From contig CAMNOU010000012.1 in the NCBI GenBank assembly GCA_946546945.1, positions 24,014-88,013 of the forward strand: a stretch of 64,000 nt of DNA. Reading direction: 5' to 3'. Below the pieces are notes generated by a model. That model was not told where the DNA came from. It searched no databases and saw only the letters and a list, made by a program, of their open reading frames with translations. The position numbers and the translations under genes are program-made. This DNA comes from an uncultured Lachnospiraceae bacterium. GTDB taxonomy: Bacteria > Bacillota > Clostridia > Lachnospirales > Lachnospiraceae. Each line of letters opens with the position of its first letter. Position 1 is the stretch's first letter. Of this stretch, positions 20,731-29,531 are shown piece by piece.

Positions 20731-20871
20731 TTATTTCTGCTCGCAGCTCTGGTTCCCGACTGTGCAGGATGTCTTACATGCAGACTGGCAGGATGTCTGG
20801 CATTCGCCGCAGCCGCCTTTTTTCACTGTGTTCTGCAGTCTTTTTGTATTTAATGTCTTTACGTGTTTCAT
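20731..20871 (-). CDS. SCIFF (six-cysteines-in-forty-five) ribosomal peptide precursor
   Basis: 46 aa: MKHVKTLNTKRLQNTVKKGGCGECQTSCQSACKTSCTVGNQSCEQK. AAAGGAG lies 8 nt upstream. It is the C-terminal part of track ORF 20731..21156. Confidence 0.92.
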   Translation of the reverse strand: MKHVKTLNTKRLQNTVKKGGCGECQTSCQSACKTSCTVGNQSCEQK

Positions 20872-20939
20872 GGCAGAGACTCCTTTCATTAAAATAACTG
20901 TGAAGAGTATACCACACATTTTTTTAGAACGCAATCTTT

Positions 20940-21314
20940 TTATGACCGTCTTGAACTCAGCATTCCTCCGATCATGCCTGCGGCCGCACAAATGATAAAT
21001 GTCATCATCCGGTGCAGAATATCCGAGTCTGCCCCCGAACGGATGACCAGCGAACCTGCGGCAAGAATCGCAAAGTAAAGGGATCCTGCCGCCATCCCCC
21101 AGAAAAACCGGCGGTTTTTCATCTTTTTCCCCGCGATCCCTCCGCCGGCCAGGCACGAAACCGTATAAATGACCAGAATGCCGATTGTCACCGTTTGTTC
21201 ACTCAGCTGAAACCTGTAAAGCAGAAATGCCAGACACAAAAGAGCCAGTCCCGTAATCACATACATGATGAACAGCGTAACGATCATCGCCAGTGGTTTT
21301 TGTGTTCTTCCCAT
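20940..21314 (-). CDS. small 4-TM membrane protein (resembles the TIGR04086 family from memory)
   Basis: 124 aa with four hydrophobic helices and a central GGGIAGKKMK loop. Confidence 0.6.
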   Translation of the reverse strand: MGRTQKPLAMIVTLFIMYVITGLALLCLAFLLYRFQLSEQTVTIGILVIYTVSCLAGGGIAGKKMKNRRFFWGMAAGSLYFAILAAGSLVIRSGADSDILHRMMTFIICAAAGMIGGMLSSRRS

Positions 21315-21419
21315 AACGATCTGATTTCCTCCTTTATATAAATACTATATGTCTGACTTGAAAAAATATGACAAGTACGCTATTATCTATATCATATCAA
21401 ATTCAAAGAGGTGATCTGA

Positions 21420-22700
21420 TTGGACCCTGGTGTCGCGATACGTTTGATAATACTGATCCTGCTGCTTTTTCTGTCCGCGTTTTTTTCGTCTGCAGAAACG
21501 GCTTTTACAACTGTCAGCAAAATCCGCATGCGCTCCCTCGCGGAAGAGGGGAACCGGCGGGCCGCACTGGTACTCCATATTACAGATAACGCGCCGAAAA
21601 TGCTGAGCGCGATCCTGATCGGAAATAATCTGGTCAATATATCCGCTTCTTCTCTGGCGACCACCCTGGCACTCACACTTTTCGGAAATGCGGGAGCCGG
21701 GATCGCCACCGGAATCCTGACGCTTCTGATCCTGATTTTCGGTGAGATCTCACCCAAGACCATGGCTACGATCCGTTCTGAGAAGATGTCTCTGCGCTAT
21801 TGCAGAATCATCTGGGCGCTGATGCTCATTCTGACGCCTGTCATTGTTATCATTAATGCGCTGGCTGCTGTGTTTTTAAAACTGCTGCGTGTGGATCCGG
21901 CTGAAAAGAACAAGGTCATGACCGAGCGGGAACTCCGTACGATTGTTGAAGTAAGTCATGAATCAGGTGTGATTGAAGCGGAAGAAAAACAGATCATCAA
22001 TAATATTTTTGATTTCGGGGATGCGAAGGCGCAGGAGATCATGATACCGCGCATTGACATGAGTTTCCTCTGGGTCAACAGCACTTATGACGAAGTCCTC
22101 GATGTCTACCGGAAAGATATGTTCACCAGACTGCCTGTCTGTGAAGAATCTACGGACAATGTGGTCGGCATTCTCAACATGAAGGATCTGATCCTCTGTG
22201 ACCGGGAACATTTCTCCGTCCGGGATTCCATGCGTGAACCTTACTTCACCTATGAACACAAGAACACGGCGGAACTGCTTCTGGAGATGCGCGAATCCTC
22301 TATCAACATAGCCATCGTACTGGATGACTACGGAGCAACTGCCGGCCTGATTACTCTGGAAGACCTGCTCGAAGAAATTGTCGGGGAAATCCGCGATGAA
22401 TATGACGAAGATGAAAAAGATTCCCTGAAAAAGCTTTCTGACAGAGAATATCTCGTGGACGGATCAATGAATCTGGAAGATTTTTCAGACTTGTTCCACC
22501 TGCATCTGGTCTCTGAGGACTATGATTCCATCGGCGGCTACATGATCGGGCTTCTGGATCATCTTCCGAAGACCGGGGAATCCGTCACTTCCTCCGATGG
22601 ACTCTTCCTTCAGGTGTTTTCCAAAAAGAAACACCGGATCGAAAAAATATTTGTCCGTCTTCCGAAGAAGGCTGTCCTGCCGGATAAAAACTTTGAATAA
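21420..22700 (+). CDS. CNNM/TlyC-type hemolysin-family transporter (DUF21, CBS pair, CorC_HlyC)
   Basis: 426 aa, TTG start after GAGGTGAT. DUF21 N-terminus FSSAETAFT, CBS pair region, and a C-terminal CorC domain. Confidence 0.88.
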   Translation: MDPGVAIRLIILILLLFLSAFFSSAETAFTTVSKIRMRSLAEEGNRRAALVLHITDNAPKMLSAILIGNNLVNISASSLATTLALTLFGNAGAGIATGILTLLILIFGEISPKTMATIRSEKMSLRYCRIIWALMLILTPVIVIINALAAVFLKLLRVDPAEKNKVMTERELRTIVEVSHESGVIEAEEKQIINNIFDFGDAKAQEIMIPRIDMSFLWVNSTYDEVLDVYRKDMFTRLPVCEESTDNVVGILNMKDLILCDREHFSVRDSMREPYFTYEHKNTAELLLEMRESSINIAIVLDDYGATAGLITLEDLLEEIVGEIRDEYDEDEKDSLKKLSDREYLVDGSMNLEDFSDLFHLHLVSEDYDSIGGYMIGLLDHLPKTGESVTSSDGLFLQVFSKKKHRIEKIFVRLPKKAVLPDKNFE

Positions 22701-22706
22701 TCGTTC

Positions 22707-23258
22707 TTACAAGGCACTGTATTCCAGTGCCTTTCGTATTTTCCGCACGGTTCTCACCAGTTCCTTTCGGAAATCCATATGCGCCTGAAACAGACAGGGC
22801 ACCTGCTCCGATCGTAAGTATCTGTCCTGAGTACCTGTACGGACTGCTTCCTGATAAGCGGTGTTGTACGGAACACAGGCAATTCTCATTTGATCAATTC
22901 TGTATTTCCGGGACAGTTCCTCTATGCTCAGATCCTTTTCCGGCAGATAATCATTCAGAATATAGACGCAGTTTCCAAACCAGCGGGAATGTTTTTCAAA
23001 ATACTCCCGCACCTCTCCCGCGTCCTGATGCAGAATAACGACCACCAGATCCGCCTGCCGCGCCAGCCGCCGGATCCGCCTGTCTGACATGTTTTTTAAG
23101 AAAAGACATTGAATATTGCCATAACGGGAAAGGGATGCTGTGAAATAATCCATGCTGAATTCCTCAGGCCGCAGAGAAAAAGGACTCCAGAAAATAATCA
23201 GATATGATTCTTCCATAAAAAATCTACGGTACAAAATAAAAAAACAGAAAAGATGCAT
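22707..23258 (-). CDS. hypothetical protein, start uncertain
   Basis: ORF of 183 aa. The best RBS (GAGGAA, 6 nt spacing) precedes the internal ATG near 23153 (MDYFTASLSRYG), giving 148 aa. I do not recognise a family. Confidence 0.4.
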   Translation of the reverse strand: MHLFCFFILYRRFFMEESYLIIFWSPFSLRPEEFSMDYFTASLSRYGNIQCLFLKNMSDRRIRRLARQADLVVVILHQDAGEVREYFEKHSRWFGNCVYILNDYLPEKDLSIEELSRKYRIDQMRIACVPYNTAYQEAVRTGTQDRYLRSEQVPCLFQAHMDFRKELVRTVRKIRKALEYSAL

Positions 23259-23318
23259 TCATTGTAATGCATCTCTTCCGCAAAGTAAAGATAAATCTTC
23301 TCAGGCTCAGCCATTCGG

Positions 23319-24092
23319 TCACGCTCCGCCCGTAACGATCAGAGTGGCGAACCCGTCTTCCTTCAGTTTTTTTTCAAGAGAAACCGCCTCATCCAATGAA
23401 GAGGCCGGTCCGATCCACACTCCGTAATACGGCTTTTCATAGTGGATTTCCCCCTCATATCCGATTGACTCCAGCCTTTCCAGCTGATAGACGGCATTCA
23501 CATCATATTTGAACAGTCCTGTCTGAACAAACCAGGATTTCCCCCGCGAAGTTCCGGAAAGCGGGATGGCATTTTGGATGCCCGCGGCAATTGCATCAGC
23601 GATCTGATCAAATTTTGCATCAAATAGTTGATTATCGGCATCATTATTCAAAAACCCGACTTCGACCAGCACAGCCGGCATTTTCGTTTTCCGAAGCACG
23701 ATCAGTCCGGGGACTTCTTCCACTCCCAGATTTTTGAATCCGACGGCTGCCAGCTGTTCATTAATACTGGAAGCAATCCTGCTGACCGTATCATTTTCCC
23801 GGTAGACCAGGGATTCCACTCCGTTATATAAATTGTCTTCCATGGCTGAATTGCGGTGAAAGGAAATAAAATACCTGCCTCCCGACTGATTTGCCAGTTC
23901 TGCTTTTTCATAAGGAGAATGATACACATCCTCCGTGCGCGTATAATACACTTTGTAACCGGCCTTTTCCAGCCTCTCTCCCACCGCCATCGTCAGCCGG
24001 AGAACATCATCCTTTTCCGCGCGTCCCATATAAGACGCCCCATTGTCAAACCCGCCGTGTCCCGCATCCAGAATAATATCTGTTCCCATCAC
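23319..24092 (-). CDS. N-acetylmuramoyl-L-alanine amidase (Amidase_3) with C-terminal SPOR-like domain
   Basis: 257 aa. Amidase_3 motifs ILDAGHGGFDNGA and VLVEVGFLNN. The C-terminal ~70 aa resemble a SPOR fold. No signal peptide is evident. Confidence 0.85.
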   Translation of the reverse strand: MMGTDIILDAGHGGFDNGASYMGRAEKDDVLRLTMAVGERLEKAGYKVYYTRTEDVYHSPYEKAELANQSGGRYFISFHRNSAMEDNLYNGVESLVYRENDTVSRIASSINEQLAAVGFKNLGVEEVPGLIVLRKTKMPAVLVEVGFLNNDADNQLFDAKFDQIADAIAAGIQNAIPLSGTSRGKSWFVQTGLFKYDVNAVYQLERLESIGYEGEIHYEKPYYGVWIGPASSLDEAVSLEKKLKEDGFATLIVTGGA

Positions 24093-24135
24093 AGTATCCT
24101 TCTTTGTTTTCTGCTTTTTAATTATTTATATGCAG

Positions 24136-24169
24136 ACAAAAAGAAATCAGCACACAACATGCTGATTTC
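24136..24169 (-). terminator. rho-independent terminator after the HTH gene
   Basis: GAAAUCAGC-9 nt-GCUGAUUUC followed by UUUUUG on the minus strand. Confidence 0.65.
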
Positions 24170-24184
24170 TTTTCCGGCAAAGGT

Positions 24185-24535
24185 TTATTTTTTTTCTTCA
24201 TTGTCCAGCAGGGCCTGTGCATATCCCAGCACCCGTCCCTGATCGATCGTATTCAGGCAGTGGAACTGTTCCATCAGATGAAACGCCTCTGAACTGCGGT
24301 CGATCATCAGATAATCTGTCCTGACATTGTTGCGGCTTTCTGTGCCTTCAAGAAGCTCATACGGCGTCATGTTCAGAACCGTACAGATCGCCATGATTTT
24401 GTCTGACGCAGGATTCGTCTTTTTCCGCTTCCAGTCACTGATCGTACTCTGTGCAATACCTGTCTGCTCTGAGAATGATTTCTGAGAAATTCTCTGCTCT
24501 TTCAACACTTTAAAAATACGTTCGCTGATAATCAT
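24185..24535 (-). CDS. XRE-family helix-turn-helix transcriptional regulator
   Basis: 116 aa. The HTH_3 signature ISQKSFSEQTGIAQSTISDWKRKKTNP is present. Confidence 0.85.
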   Translation of the reverse strand: MIISERIFKVLKEQRISQKSFSEQTGIAQSTISDWKRKKTNPASDKIMAICTVLNMTPYELLEGTESRNNVRTDYLMIDRSSEAFHLMEQFHCLNTIDQGRVLGYAQALLDNEEKK

Positions 24536-24759
24536 GTCAAATCTTTCAACTCCTTAAATAATTCAATGTCTGCTGCACTTACTTTCATGTTCGTCATGAT
24601 CGGCTCTTCACCCGGTTTTGTCACAGAGATTTCAATAATCGTACCTTCAGGAACGCCGCCCTGCAGAGTCACTCTGAAAAAGGATATAAACTTGGGATGA
24701 TTCGCCTTGAACTGGTCAAACGCTTTTTTTGCTCTCATTAATGATGCAGGATTAATCAT
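24532..24759 (-). CDS. hypothetical 75-aa protein, translationally coupled to the HTH gene
   Basis: ATGA start/stop overlap with the downstream HTH gene. Soluble protein; I do not recognise a family. Confidence 0.5.
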   Translation of the reverse strand: MINPASLMRAKKAFDQFKANHPKFISFFRVTLQGGVPEGTIIEISVTKPGEEPIMTNMKVSAADIELFKELKDLT

Positions 24760-24862
24760 CAGAACTCCTCCTTTGTGAAACGCTTTAACTTATTTTATTA
24801 TACCTTTCCGCAGAAAAATTATCAAGGAGTATCTTTAAAGAAACACAGCAGCTGCGCGGATT

Positions 24863-26338
24863 TTATTCTCCGGACTGCTCTTTCCCCAGAGCCCGGGTAA
24901 TCTCTTTCAGTTTGTTTTCATCCAGCCGGTAGAACTTCCGGTATACAACAATACCGATTACCAGAAGGATGATGGACGGGATGGTCATCCACAGACGGAG
25001 TCCGGCCAGTGTCCGGGCTGTCTGGATCTCTATCGCGGTATCCAGATGGACCAGATCGATGACCAGGCCGGCTATGAATACGGCAAGACCGGATGCCAGC
25101 TTTACGGTAAATGTCTGCATGGAGAATATCACGGATTCCTCTCTTGTCCCGTTTTTATATTCCCCATAGTCTACCGTATCGGAGAGGAAAATCGTCAGCG
25201 ATACATTCAGGATTCCATATCCTGCATAAACAAGAATACCCGGGATGAACAAAAGCGCCCATGTCACGGTGTGATAAACGCCGGTAAAGGACATTGCCAG
25301 AATTACCAGAAAGCCCAGGATCTGAATCAGGAAACCGGCCATGAACATCTGTGTATTATTCCATTTCTTCCTGAAAAGCGGGAAGCACAGCATGATCACC
25401 ACCTGCGACGCAAAGCAGACGCCGGCGAATACATTGTACGCATCAGTGTTTCCGACATCAAACTGGAAGAAGTACAAGATCAGATTGCCGACAATATTCA
25501 ATGCAGTATATACGAGAATAATGGAGAAGACAATCGTCATCGCCTGATCATTTTTGAACAGGGAACGGAACATCTGCACGACTCCCGCTGACTCCATCCG
25601 GTCATCCGTCACCTTTTCCGGTACGACAAGCACACATACCAGTTCCGATATCACAAAAATAACCGCCACAATCAGAGCCCAGTACTTAAAACCGATCCTG
25701 TAGTCCGCGATCACAGAGCTTCCGCTTAAAATCGGTACAATGGCCATCGTCAGCACCGTTGGTATTGCATCTCCGATCCCGGAACAGGACCTGGCCAGCG
25801 AAGACAGAGATTCTCTGTCCTTTCCCGGTTTGGTAATGGCAGGTATCATAGACCAGAACGGGATGTCCATAAGCGTATAGGTCACACCCCAGGCAAGATA
25901 AAAAAGCGTCAGCCAGATCTTCTGTGCATTTCCCGCCATCGAGTCCGGCGTTGCATACAGCGCATAGATCGTAACTGCATTCAGAACGGTTCCGGCAAGA
26001 ATCCATGGCCGGAATCTGCCCCATCTGGTGTGCGTCTTTGCCACGATAATTCCCATAAAGGGATCGTTGATGGCATCAAAAATTCTTGCAGCCATCATCA
26101 TTGTTCCGATAAAGACACTGCTCATGCCCAGTACCGCATTGTAATAATACAGCAGATAACTGGAAATCAGCATGTAAACAATGTCTTTCCCGACTGCTCC
26201 GAAGCCGAAGGCAGCCTTGTGTCTCATTCGAAGTTCCATATTCTGTATCTCCCCTTTTTCCGGTGTATTGAATGTCTTATATGACATTTCCGTTGCAGAT
26301 AAGAATAGTATACTTGAATGTAAAAAAAAAATAAACAT
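24863..26338 (-). CDS. MFS transporter, glycoside-pentoside-hexuronide (GPH) cation symporter family
   Basis: About 12 TM segments and a GPH-type N-terminus (KAAFGFGAVGKDIVYMLISSYLLYYY...DAINDPFMG). The likely true start is the internal MELRMRHK near 26239. Confidence 0.85.
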   Translation of the reverse strand: MFIFFLHSSILFLSATEMSYKTFNTPEKGEIQNMELRMRHKAAFGFGAVGKDIVYMLISSYLLYYYNAVLGMSSVFIGTMMMAARIFDAINDPFMGIIVAKTHTRWGRFRPWILAGTVLNAVTIYALYATPDSMAGNAQKIWLTLFYLAWGVTYTLMDIPFWSMIPAITKPGKDRESLSSLARSCSGIGDAIPTVLTMAIVPILSGSSVIADYRIGFKYWALIVAVIFVISELVCVLVVPEKVTDDRMESAGVVQMFRSLFKNDQAMTIVFSIILVYTALNIVGNLILYFFQFDVGNTDAYNVFAGVCFASQVVIMLCFPLFRKKWNNTQMFMAGFLIQILGFLVILAMSFTGVYHTVTWALLFIPGILVYAGYGILNVSLTIFLSDTVDYGEYKNGTREESVIFSMQTFTVKLASGLAVFIAGLVIDLVHLDTAIEIQTARTLAGLRLWMTIPSIILLVIGIVVYRKFYRLDENKLKEITRALGKEQSGE

Positions 26339-26344
26339 TAATAT

Positions 26345-26884
26345 TTATGCAAGGATTCTGATAACGAGATAAATCACTCCCAGCACCCAGCTGGTAAAGA
26401 TCCCGTACAGAATTACCGGGCCGCCGATACCGAAAATCTGCGCGCCGAGCCCGAATACCTGTCCTTCTTTTTTGAATTCCATTGCAGAAGATGCGATTCC
26501 GTTGGCAAATCCGGTGATCGGCACGAGAACCCCGGCTCCTCCGAACTGAGCCAGAGAAGGATAAATATTCAGTCCGGTCAGAACCGCACTTGCCAGAATC
26601 AGGATCAGACTCGTCCACTTTCCGGCTGTGCCGGCATCCATCCCCTGCACATGCACGCAGACATTTGTGATAATCTGGCCGGTGAAACAGATGAGTCCGC
26701 CGGTCAGAAAAGCTTTCAGCACATTCAAAACGAGACTATAGCTTCCCGTCACCTGCCTGACATATGCATTGTAGGCCTCATTGCGGGCCTCTTTCTCCTT
26801 CTGCGTAACCGCATCTGCTTTTTCAACCACATCAGCGATCAGTTCTTCTTTCGTATCTCCCGGTTTTTCTGTCCTCGGTTCCAT
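26345..26884 (-). CDS. spoVAC: stage V sporulation protein AC
   Basis: Conserved SpoVAC core (LKAFLTGGLICFTGQII...GAGVLVPITGFANGI). Likely start is ATG at 26884 after GGAGG. Confidence 0.88.
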   Translation of the reverse strand: MEPRTEKPGDTKEELIADVVEKADAVTQKEKEARNEAYNAYVRQVTGSYSLVLNVLKAFLTGGLICFTGQIITNVCVHVQGMDAGTAGKWTSLILILASAVLTGLNIYPSLAQFGGAGVLVPITGFANGIASSAMEFKKEGQVFGLGAQIFGIGGPVILYGIFTSWVLGVIYLVIRILA

Positions 26885-26937
26885 ATCTTCATTTCCTCCA
26901 ATTCTATACTCTATGCAGGGTGCTCGCCGCGTCATCC

Positions 26938-26962
26938 TTCAAGTCTCGCTCGCGAGACTTGG
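26938..26962. repeat. palindromic intergenic module (TTCAA-hairpin-TTGG) between spoVAB and spoVAC
   Basis: ttcaagtctcgctcgcgagacttgg. The first 16 nt are identical to 61147-61162, and it has the same architecture as 35535-35561. Confidence 0.75.
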
Positions 26963-26969
26963 CGCGGAA

Positions 26970-27398
26970 TCAGGAAAAATAATAAAAGGCGCCCACAGCC
27001 TTTCCCAGCGCAAAGGCTGTAACAAGGATGGTAAGGCCCCTCTTTATTTTTAATCTTCTGAAGAGGACAGGAAAGACATTCAGCACCTCTGCAATGGCCG
27101 CCGCGAGGCAGCCTGTAAAAATCCCGGATGCCAGTCCGTATACAGCCAGAAAAGGCTTTCCGGGGCCCAGCGGGATCTGTTCAAAAAGAGCTGCGACCGT
27201 CCCGCTGATTCCGCCGAAAATCACCGCATTCTCCAAAGCGGTCCACGCAGATGCCATACTCGTTTTTCCTGCCATGCGCGGTATGATTCCAAGACTTCCG
27301 ATCAGGGCGAATGAGGCAGCCGCTGTCGCCGCTCCCCCCGCAAAACCGGTTATTGCCATCAACACATCCATTTGCTGCATCGGTCTTCTCCTTTTCAC
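26970..27398 (-). CDS. spoVAB: stage V sporulation protein AB
   Basis: 142-aa polytopic membrane protein in the position expected between spoVAA and spoVAC. Confidence 0.8.
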   Translation of the reverse strand: MKRRRPMQQMDVLMAITGFAGGAATAAASFALIGSLGIIPRMAGKTSMASAWTALENAVIFGGISGTVAALFEQIPLGPGKPFLAVYGLASGIFTGCLAAAIAEVLNVFPVLFRRLKIKRGLTILVTAFALGKAVGAFYYFS

Positions 27399-27404
27399 TC
27401 TGTT

Positions 27405-28055
27405 TTAAGTCCCGCGGGGCTTTCCGTCAGCCGATTTTCCCTTGCGCATGCCAGCGGCTATATAAGTCGTCTCCACATCCTGTTCATATTTTCGTATAGC
27501 CACCTGGATCGGCGTCGGATCCTCCATGATTTTCTTACGGCCGGCATGGTTATAGAAAAACATGATTCCGACAAATATTCCGATACAAAAGCTGACTTCC
27601 AGTACATTGATTCCTTCCCCCCTGTTTCCCGTGACACGATCATACAGGCGGTCAAACAATTCGGCAACGGCCGCGTCCTGAATAAATGTCATGATGGAAA
27701 AAGCAGATCCGAAAAAGAGCAGAACGCTCAGGATGGCCACCTTCAAATATTGCAGCCATTGTTTTTCTGTTTTCGGGATATAGCGTATGACAAAATCTGT
27801 CTCCCCGAGGCTGATGATCTCCAGGAGGGGAAACTCCCTGTGGATCAGCTCCATGATCTGAAGGATGGAGCAGACCATTGCGCTGTCTTTTTTATCTGTG
27901 TCAGAGAATCTGCAAAGTACGGTCCGGCCGACTCGCTGCAGTACATTGCGGTCGGGGCATTCCATCTCTGCAATATCTGAAATCCGGACAATGTTCTGCT
28001 GCACAATACAGTTTTGACCGATCTTCAAATACAGGATCTGCCCCGGTGCGCTCAT
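27405..28055 (-). CDS. spoVAA: stage V sporulation protein AA
   Basis: 216 aa. N-terminal soluble domain (VRISDIAEMECPD...) followed by 2 TM segments. First gene of the spoVA block, downstream of sigF. Confidence 0.82.
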   Translation of the reverse strand: MSAPGQILYLKIGQNCIVQQNIVRISDIAEMECPDRNVLQRVGRTVLCRFSDTDKKDSAMVCSILQIMELIHREFPLLEIISLGETDFVIRYIPKTEKQWLQYLKVAILSVLLFFGSAFSIMTFIQDAAVAELFDRLYDRVTGNRGEGINVLEVSFCIGIFVGIMFFYNHAGRKKIMEDPTPIQVAIRKYEQDVETTYIAAGMRKGKSADGKPRGT

Positions 28056-28291
28056 ACCTCTTCCCCGTTTTCAAATACTGACTTCGCTGAATCCCGTATA
28101 TCTGACATATCTTCGCAGATCTCATCAGCGGCGTTCTTCAGCCTGTCCTTCTTTCGTTCAAATTCTTCTGCAAGCGCGCGCCCTTTTTCCTTCCCGTCCT
28201 GATCTTTTTCTCTCAGATAATAGATCACACTGCCCACCATCACCGAAAAGACGATCATGCAGCACATCTTTTTCACAAGCTTCATACACAT
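28052..28291 (-). CDS. hypothetical small membrane protein (79 aa), coupled to spoVAA
   Basis: AAGGAG lies 8 nt upstream. One TM helix and a charged tail. Its stop overlaps the spoVAA ATG by 4 nt. Confidence 0.5.
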   Translation of the reverse strand: MCMKLVKKMCCMIVFSVMVGSVIYYLREKDQDGKEKGRALAEEFERKKDRLKNAADEICEDMSDIRDSAKSVFENGEEV

Positions 28292-28345
28292 AGCAGCTTC
28301 TCCTTTTTTTCTTTCTTTTTCCTAGTATGCTGTTTTTTCTCATTT

Positions 28346-29059
28346 CTATACAGCCTGCCGCATTTTCTGCAGAAGTTTTTTCTCCATTCTCGAAACCTGT
28401 ACCTGCGTCATGCCCATTTGCCCGGCCACTTCCGCCTGTGTTTTGGCCTGAAAATAACGCAGACAGATCAGGCGTCTCTCTTCCTTTGAAAGCACGCTCA
28501 GCAGCTGCTGTAAAAAAATATGATCTGTTTTTATCTCGATCTCATTCTTCTCATCCCGTATCTGCTCCTGTAAAAGCACCTCCTTCCCGGATGTCTGCGG
28601 GACAGCCCGTGAAAGAGAATCTACCGGCAAAGAGGCTGACAAGGCCAGAACAATATCTTCCACAGACATCTTCAGACAATCCGCAAGCTCTTTAACGGTT
28701 GCTTCTCTTGCATACCGGTTTCGCCAGCGTTCGGCTTCTTTTTGAATTTTCTGTGCGTTTTCTTTGATCGTACGGCTCACTTTCAGCATCCCGTCATCTC
28801 TGAGGAACCGGCGGATTTCCCCTGCGATCAAAGGAACGGCATAGGTGGAAAATTTCACTTCGTAAGAAAAATCAAACCGCTCAATTGCCTTCATCAGTCC
28901 GATACAGCCAATCTGGAACAGTTCCTCCGCATCATATTCTCCATTCCTATATCTTTTCACAATACTCCAGACCAGACCGGTATTCTTACGTACCAGCAAA
29001 TCGAATGCTTCCTTATCCCCCTCGTGCGCGTTTTGCAGCAGTTCCAACATCTGATCCAT
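28346..29059 (-). CDS. sigF: RNA polymerase sporulation sigma factor SigF
   Basis: 237 aa. Sigma-70 regions 2 to 4 (LVWSIVKRYRN..., EERRLICLRYFQAKTQAEVAGQMGMTQVQVSRMEKK). Follows spoIIAA-spoIIAB. Confidence 0.93.
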   Translation of the reverse strand: MDQMLELLQNAHEGDKEAFDLLVRKNTGLVWSIVKRYRNGEYDAEELFQIGCIGLMKAIERFDFSYEVKFSTYAVPLIAGEIRRFLRDDGMLKVSRTIKENAQKIQKEAERWRNRYAREATVKELADCLKMSVEDIVLALSASLPVDSLSRAVPQTSGKEVLLQEQIRDEKNEIEIKTDHIFLQQLLSVLSKEERRLICLRYFQAKTQAEVAGQMGMTQVQVSRMEKKLLQKMRQAV

Positions 29060-29064
29060 CCAAA

Positions 29065-29493
29065 CTACCTGATTTCCTTCTGCATCGTGACCCGCGTGCC
29101 CTGCCCCGGTTCAGATTCCACCTCGACCGCATCCATAAAGGCCTCCATAAAAGAAAACCCCATCCCTGAGCGCTCCAGTTCCGGTCTGGTCGTATACATA
29201 GGCTCCATGGCTTTTTCAATGTCCGGGATTCCCTTTCCCTCATCGGTAATTGCCACGACCAGCGTCCGGTCCCAGACTGCCGCATGTAAGAAAATCTTCC
29301 CCGGTCCCAGATCGTAGCCATGGATCACACAATTCGTCACTGCCTCTGAAACAGCGGTTTTGATATCAGCCAATTCATCGATCGTAGGATTCAAAGGACT
29401 GACAAAAGCGGCAACTGCCGTACGCGCAAATCCTTCGTTCTCGGATTTCGAATCAAAAACAATCTGCATTTCATTGACCAGTTCCTGTTCCAT
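29065..29493 (-). CDS. spoIIAB: anti-sigma F factor (serine kinase) SpoIIAB
   Basis: FARTAVAAFVSPLNP...SEAVTNCVIHGY...ERSGMGF HATPase motifs. The ATG at 29493 follows AAGGGAG; the track ORF begins at an upstream TTG (29514). Confidence 0.92.
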   Translation of the reverse strand: MEQELVNEMQIVFDSKSENEGFARTAVAAFVSPLNPTIDELADIKTAVSEAVTNCVIHGYDLGPGKIFLHAAVWDRTLVVAITDEGKGIPDIEKAMEPMYTTRPELERSGMGFSFMEAFMDAVEVESEPGQGTRVTMQKEIR

Positions 29494-29531
29494 TTGATTT
29501 CTCCCTTCTTCCAACCCGCATCTTCCTTCTT

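Noticed and set aside
20731-21156. 141-aa ORF in the track
   Set aside because: Only the last 46 codons, preceded by their own strong RBS, form the SCIFF precursor. The upstream part overlaps the separately supported 124-aa membrane protein gene (20940..21314) in another frame.
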